Virus record (IMG/VR): IMGVR_UViG_3300005537_000001
Span: 124,001-188,000 of that record
Strand: one strand, 5' to 3'
DNA length: 64,000 bases
The notes under the pieces are model-generated. The model saw only the letters and a program-made list of their open reading frames with translations, was not told the DNA's origin and searched no databases. A program made the position numbers and the translations under genes. Positions 58,562-64,000 of this stretch are shown one piece after another (positions within the stretch are counted from its first letter, which is position 1; every line of letters begins with the position of its first letter).

Positions 58562-59058
58562 TGCGCTTCACGAAGCAATATACGTTAAGTGATTGCGGTC
58601 CAGTAGCTGTCCTCAATATTCTCAAGTGGGCAGGGATGAAGGTAAGCTACAAGGATCACATCAAGCACCTCAAGAAAGAATGCAAGTTCGTTAATGACGC
58701 GTCCTTTATCGGTGTTAGATGGTGGAATATTCGAGCTGCCCTGAAAAAGATTGGTAGTGGAGCGTTGAGTGTTAGGACGTATCATGTCAGAGATATCGAA
58801 GTGCTACAGCGACATGTATCACGAGGCGGTGCTTTTATACTACGGTATCGATCAGCCCCAAGAACAGAGGAGAACCCTCCGGGGCATTTTCATTACAGCG
58901 CTGTCGTACCTCATGCTGACGGCGAAAGCTTTTTATGGCTGAATCACAACCCGGAACGTATGAAGATGGTTGTGACGGCTAGAATTTTGGAATCACATGT
59001 GCTGAGTCAATCACAATTCGGGGATGTACCCGTCGCGCTGCTGATCAGAAAAATCTGA
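58561..59058 (+). CDS. C39-like cysteine peptidase
   Basis: Q...DCGP, HYSAV. Confidence 0.65.
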   Translation: MRFTKQYTLSDCGPVAVLNILKWAGMKVSYKDHIKHLKKECKFVNDASFIGVRWWNIRAALKKIGSGALSVRTYHVRDIEVLQRHVSRGGAFILRYRSAPRTEENPPGHFHYSAVVPHADGESFLWLNHNPERMKMVVTARILESHVLSQSQFGDVPVALLIRKI

Positions 59059-59115
59059 TCGGACTTTCCCGTAAATAAAGCCGAGCCCGGACTTCGGGTC
59101 AAGCGGAGAAATAAA

Positions 59116-61005
59116 ATGAACATCGTAATTTTGGCTGGTGGAACCGGTTCTATCGCCCTTCAAACTGGCCTCTATGAGCTGCTAGATAAGCAGATCGGCG
59201 ATATTGACACCAAGATAATCGTCAACTGCTACGATAATGGTTTAAGTACGGGAAGTGTCCGCAAGGTAATGGATGGAAAAATCCTTGGGCCTTCTGATCT
59301 TCGAAAGAATCAAACTACGCGTCTCCAGCTTGAAAATCCAAAATCTCCGTGGCTAAATTTTCTAAACATTCGCTTTACCGTAGAGTCATCAAAGGCTAGA
59401 AGCTTCTGTCACGATAAGATTACTCAGCTTGCGGTAACCGGTGGTATTTCCGATAGTCTGACTGATCTTCGTCTCGCTGTAGATGCATACTTCAGCATAG
59501 CGGTAGCTGAGAAGATAGATTATAACGACTTCTCACTAGCCAACATCATCTACGCTGGTTTGGCCAAGCTGAATGGGTACTCGCTGCGAAAGGCAGCAAC
59601 GATAATGGCCGGATTGATGGGCATCAAGGATAACGTCCTTCTCAATGATGATCGCTCTTTGTTTCTTGGAGCCATCACCAAATCCGGTAAGAGAATCGCC
59701 GATGAGGGTGACATCGTTTCGTGGGGCGACAAGGAAGATCCATTCGTGGACATCTTCTTTACGGATGCAGATGGATATGACACAGATGAAGTTGGCACCA
59801 TGCCGCATCTTTGTGAAGAAGCTGAGCAGGCAATTCTCAGCGCCGACCTTGTAATTCTTTCATCTGGAACGCTTTGGTCATCCTTGATACCGACCTACGC
59901 GTCGATCGGATTTGATCGAGCGATCAACAACACTAAAGCCAAAATTTTGATGATCTTGAACCGTCAGCCGGATAAGGATTCACCCGGTCAGACTGCATCC
60001 GAAATCATTGACATTTTAATTCCTAAGTATTTTCCAACCAAGCTTATTCACGTTGTTGGTGATTCGAGCGGAAGTGAGCAGATGAATACGCTTGATGATA
60101 ATTCTCTCGATAAGATCGCATCATTCGCCACGTTTAACATGGGCCCGCCGGTGGATGTTGCAAAGGACACGCGCCACCAGCACATGCAGCTTGGCCGCGC
60201 CGTCGCGCAAACATATTTCAAAGACTATCTAAACAGCGATTACTACATGTTTGACTATGACGACACTTTGGTTGGACGTGGAAATAGGTGGCCGCTCGCC
60301 TCACGCGAAAATACAGCTGGCATCTCCAGGCTCAACAGCATGGAATTCAATCGCGCCGGTAAGCACGCGATCCAGATAGGTATCTGCACCGGAAATACCG
60401 TAAAATCGGTCAACTTGCGTGGAGCGCCGGGATCAATGTTTACGACGCTCGAAGTTTTCGCTGATGGTGGTGCCAATAAGTATTCTTACGACACATCACC
60501 ATCAGGAAATGACGATGACGGCGTCGCCTCCAAGCTGATGATCTGCGTTAACCAAAATCTGATCATTCCACCGGAAACCATCAACACCATCGTAACAAAT
60601 CTGAGAGATGCCGGAATACCTCTGTCTAAGATTGACAATCGTGGCAACGTTCTCATCGCCATCAAGCCAATCGACCCCGAATATCGACAGCTTGTTTTGC
60701 AAGTAGCAAAATCGATCGTTGAACGATTCGGGCTTAACGTTCGAATCGCCGGCAGAACTACGGTCGAAATCTGCAAACCAAATCTGTCAAAGATAGATGC
60801 CATCAAATATGTCTTCAAGGCAAAAAACGCAAAGTCAATTACCTACATCGGAGATGAGCTCGACTCAGGAAACGACGCGGTCGTTGAAAAGCTATCACAT
60901 GAACTTCCAACCCTCAAGTGCCTACACGTTAAGAACCCGGTTCAGACGGCGTTCTTCATCAAGACGCTCATCCACCACATTGAAAGGAAAATGTGTGTCA
61001 GCTGA
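59116..61005 (+). CDS. CofD/YvcK-like domain fused to HAD phosphatase/phosphomutase
   Basis: LAGGTG, DNGLSTG..R, GPSDLR, ADLVILSSGTLWSSLIP; FDYDDTL, K..AI, YIGD...GND. Confidence 0.8.
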   Translation: MNIVILAGGTGSIALQTGLYELLDKQIGDIDTKIIVNCYDNGLSTGSVRKVMDGKILGPSDLRKNQTTRLQLENPKSPWLNFLNIRFTVESSKARSFCHDKITQLAVTGGISDSLTDLRLAVDAYFSIAVAEKIDYNDFSLANIIYAGLAKLNGYSLRKAATIMAGLMGIKDNVLLNDDRSLFLGAITKSGKRIADEGDIVSWGDKEDPFVDIFFTDADGYDTDEVGTMPHLCEEAEQAILSADLVILSSGTLWSSLIPTYASIGFDRAINNTKAKILMILNRQPDKDSPGQTASEIIDILIPKYFPTKLIHVVGDSSGSEQMNTLDDNSLDKIASFATFNMGPPVDVAKDTRHQHMQLGRAVAQTYFKDYLNSDYYMFDYDDTLVGRGNRWPLASRENTAGISRLNSMEFNRAGKHAIQIGICTGNTVKSVNLRGAPGSMFTTLEVFADGGANKYSYDTSPSGNDDDGVASKLMICVNQNLIIPPETINTIVTNLRDAGIPLSKIDNRGNVLIAIKPIDPEYRQLVLQVAKSIVERFGLNVRIAGRTTVEICKPNLSKIDAIKYVFKAKNAKSITYIGDELDSGNDAVVEKLSHELPTLKCLHVKNPVQTAFFIKTLIHHIERKMCVS

Positions 61006-61810
61006 TCTATACATAATCGCGGCTGGGAAGGGTTCACGGATGGCCGTGAACATACCAAAGGCGCTGGTGCCCATCGTAGAGGAACCCTGTCTGACCACCA
61101 CGCTGCAGCAGATCGGGCACAAGTTCAACAACGTCTTCGTAGTAACCAATGAGGATGTTCAGGATCAATGGGAAGCGTATTTCAACAAGCTGGATAACGC
61201 ATATCCAGAGCTTGCGAAAAATGTCGTCAACATTCCCATCAGATCGGGACTGGGTGATGGTCACGCCGTGCTGTGGGGGTTGAAGGGCGCGATGGATCTC
61301 CAACCAAAGAATGTTGGATCGCGGTGGGAAGCTGCCGATGATATCGTTATCGCGTGGGGCGACGTATTTTTTCCTCAAGCTGAAATCATTGATGAGCTGC
61401 TGTCCAAGCGGCGGCTGAATGGTGTCATTCCAGCCGTTCGCGAGAATACACCATACGTTTCTCTGCTGACCGATGAGCGCATGCTGTGCAAGTCAGCCGA
61501 CTTTTCAAAGTATGGCGAAAATCACCCAACCGGATTTCACGATCAATCCGTGTTTAAATTTGTTAGACCACAGTTGAATCAAGCTTTAACAACCCTGCAT
61601 TCTGCATTCTGGAAGAATGGTCGCTACATAACTCCAGGTGGTGAGCTGTCGCTGCTTCACGTCTTTCACTACATGTACAACATCCAACAGGCGTGTAGCG
61701 TGTACGAAACTGATTATCCCACCCTATCATTCAACACGCTTGATGAAGTTGCCGGCATTCAGCGAGAAATCGATTTAAAGTGGAAAGAAAAATTTAGGAA
61801 AAATTCATGA
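60995..61810 (+). CDS. Sugar-phosphate nucleotidyltransferase (GT-A/GlmU-N-like)
   Basis: IIAAGKGSRM...PKALVPI, GDGHAV, WGD, FNT..E. Confidence 0.85.
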   Translation: MSADLYIIAAGKGSRMAVNIPKALVPIVEEPCLTTTLQQIGHKFNNVFVVTNEDVQDQWEAYFNKLDNAYPELAKNVVNIPIRSGLGDGHAVLWGLKGAMDLQPKNVGSRWEAADDIVIAWGDVFFPQAEIIDELLSKRRLNGVIPAVRENTPYVSLLTDERMLCKSADFSKYGENHPTGFHDQSVFKFVRPQLNQALTTLHSAFWKNGRYITPGGELSLLHVFHYMYNIQQACSVYETDYPTLSFNTLDEVAGIQREIDLKWKEKFRKNS

Positions 61811-62466
61811 CCCGCCCCCTCCTCGTAACGCTAACAGCTCCAACGTGCTCTGGCAAAAGCTACCTTCTCACATACATCAGGGACACCGCAAAGCGTCCAT
61901 GCCTAACCTCAACAACTACTCGTCCTCCTCGAGAAGGAGAAGTTGAAGGACTGGATTATCACTTTATCTCCGTCGAAGAATCAAAAAGCATCGAAGCTGC
62001 TGGTGGTTTCGCTGAGCTAGCGATCTTTCGCGGGCACCGCTACGGTGTTACAAAGCAGGAGTTTAAAAAGAAGCTGGAGATGGGTCCAGCGTTTCTGATC
62101 GTTGAGCCAAGCGGTATCGATCACTACGTGCAGCCAGCTCTCGATATGGGTGCTGTCTGGTTGAAGTATTTCGTTTACACCAAACCAGCTGAACTCGTTG
62201 AACGTTTCAAGAAGCGGTTTGAAGCTGACGTTGCTAAGGTGCTCACCCCCATTGTGAGTCGCGAGGGCTATATTTCGCTTACACCAAATTCCAAAGTGAT
62301 TGACACTGTCAAATCCTACACTGATCGTCTTATCCATCTGCTCGGACCTGAAGCGACGTGGTTTGAAGCCAAGCAGTGGGACGGCATCCTGTATGGTGAC
62401 AAGCACCCAACCGAAAACTTGAAGATCATCGACGCCGATATCAGATATAAGCTGGATAACAACTGA
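61807..62466 (+). CDS. gmk: Guanylate kinase-like protein
   Basis: APTCSGKS, TTTRPPREGEVEGLDYHF, YG. Confidence 0.85.
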   Translation: MTRPLLVTLTAPTCSGKSYLLTYIRDTAKRPCLTSTTTRPPREGEVEGLDYHFISVEESKSIEAAGGFAELAIFRGHRYGVTKQEFKKKLEMGPAFLIVEPSGIDHYVQPALDMGAVWLKYFVYTKPAELVERFKKRFEADVAKVLTPIVSREGYISLTPNSKVIDTVKSYTDRLIHLLGPEATWFEAKQWDGILYGDKHPTENLKIIDADIRYKLDNN

Positions 62467-62500
62467 ACGAAGCAAGATTCTAACGAGAGTAAATAACAAC

Positions 62501-63097
62501 ATGAAATTCACTGACGAAGAAGCCCTTCAACTTATGCGCGAGGGTGCCAAACTACCTAAGCCAGGGTTTGGAGCTTTGTCTCCAAGAGCGAACATGGTAT
62601 CAGATCCAAAGAACGCTATAACTCCTGCTGAAGCGTTGAACAAAATTGAAAAATGGCGTGAAGGTCTACCAACTGACTGGGTTCAAGATATTGCCGATAT
62701 GCATACGAAATTTGGTTTCAATGAAAAAACCAAAAAAATGGATACTAATACATTGAAGGCTCTTCTTAACTTTAGAATTGCATTTCTCAATGAAGAGTTA
62801 ACTGAATTGCAAGAAGCAAAAAGCGCCGACGATGTTGTAGACGCATGTATCGATTTAATCGTTATCGCGATAGGAACTCTCAATCTATTTGAGGTAGATG
62901 CTAATCTAGCATGGAATCGCGTTCACGGTGCCAACATGTCAAAACAAGCCGGAATTAAACCTGGTCGTAAATTTGCATCTGTTGGTCTTGATCTCATGAA
63001 GCCTGATGGTTGGACAGCTCCGACTCACGTAGACAACGTAGGACTGCTGCAATACTGCTTCGGTGTTCAACCATCACAACCATGGTCGGGAAAATAA
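62501..63097 (+). CDS. MazG/PRA-PH-like dNTP pyrophosphatase
   Basis: EELTEL...VDACID, VHGANMSK, KPDGW..P. Confidence 0.8.
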   Translation: MKFTDEEALQLMREGAKLPKPGFGALSPRANMVSDPKNAITPAEALNKIEKWREGLPTDWVQDIADMHTKFGFNEKTKKMDTNTLKALLNFRIAFLNEELTELQEAKSADDVVDACIDLIVIAIGTLNLFEVDANLAWNRVHGANMSKQAGIKPGRKFASVGLDLMKPDGWTAPTHVDNVGLLQYCFGVQPSQPWSGK

Positions 63098-64000
63098 TCA
63101 TGCGAAAAATTGAACTAAAACCTAGGGATGATGGGTCATCTGATATTCTCATAGATGGTGAAAACCATCAGATCGCATGGACTAAAGAACTCACCTATGA
63201 CTTTAAGCATAACCATTATGAAAATCTTGAAGATGAAGTGCTCAACGCGCTTATGGGACATAATTTAACACTCGAAGAAGCTCAAGAAGTTATCAGGCTA
63301 GGGAAAACTAAATGACCAAACAAATCAAATCGGTTGACTATATTCTCAACGACAGGGGTGACACTAGCCACGCTATCGTTATCTATCTTGATGGTACTCG
63401 TGAAACTATCTCCTCGAAGGAGCGCATTCTCGAAGTCACCAACCAAATCAAGTTTCAATCTAAGCAAATTTTGATGGAAGGTACATGAAAACTACCGTAG
63501 ATCAATTAATGCTGCTCCTGATGGACGAAGCACAGGATCTTCTCGATAAGCAAGATCCAGGCTATGAGATAGCGGTTGCTTATTCTGGAACGTCGGTTAT
63601 TCTCGACCCAACCGGAAAAGTTGTACTAATCATTAAACCGCCGAAGTGTATATTTGACGAGGTAGCATGAGCATTTGGGCGCACGAACACGACCCGTCTC
63701 ACGCGATCAAAATCGTCTACCCGAATGAGATTGGGCTCAATAACATAGTCGAGCTGCACTATAGCATCGATCCAGTTACCCAGCTTGCTAAGTTTATTGT
63801 GTCGCTAGAGGCTTTACAAGACCTAGTGGCTTTAGCGAAGACCAAAGGTGTGAATATTGATCTCATAATGCTTGATCGCTAACGAATTGAAGCGTTGTGC
63901 TTCAAACCGAGTTGAGTACTCAACTCGAATTTTTTGATGTATAAGAAATATTTAGGAGTCTCCAAATGTCAGTATCTAAGTCAGTAGCTTCAGCTCAAAA

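Noticed and set aside
1-64000. Genome-wide TAG reassignment (code 15) suggested by two CUA tRNAs
   Set aside because: Long conserved genes are uninterrupted in code 11 and several (yeaG, DinG helicase) end at TAG at their expected C-termini; internal TAGs were seen only at the starts of two genes.
1-64000. Genome-wide TGA=Trp (code 4)
   Set aside because: Many genes end in TGA with ATGA overlaps, Trp is TGG elsewhere, and no UCA-anticodon tRNA was found.

Overview
64-kb segment of a large T4-like (jumbo) myophage genome, about 47-48% GC by eye, probably infecting a proteobacterium (PilZ protein, outer-membrane beta-barrel). It has T4-type early (GTTTAC/TTGTAC...TAnnAT) and late (TATAAATA) promoters, a large tRNA array, many small virion internal proteins with T4-like capsid-targeting N-termini, Ro60, prkA/yeaG-yeaH-spoVR, tail-fibre-like genes on the minus strand, and a hydroxymethyl-cytosine/glycosylation cluster (gp42-like and BGT-like). 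The most striking content is a layered translation-surveillance system that the ORF track misses. (1) An operon bracketed by two amber-suppressor tRNAs (CUA) in which a Pth2-like peptidyl-tRNA hydrolase and an HD-domain gene each carry an in-frame TAG at codon 4 and codon 3. (2) An RF1-type release factor interrupted by an in-frame TGA at a conserved Trp position. (3) A 43-codon leader peptide with mutually exclusive antiterminator/terminator hairpins in front of the tRNA array; codons 6-34 use only the 14 amino acids whose tRNAs the array encodes. (4) At least four Y-RNA-like RNAs sharing a Ro60-type bulged helix (a mini one, a ~390-nt giant, a circularly permuted tRNA/Y hybrid ending in CCA, and a stand-alone one), plus several tRNA-shaped RNAs with rebuilt anticodon arms. 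All RNA structures were paired by eye and all protein assignments come from recognised motifs; no searches were run.
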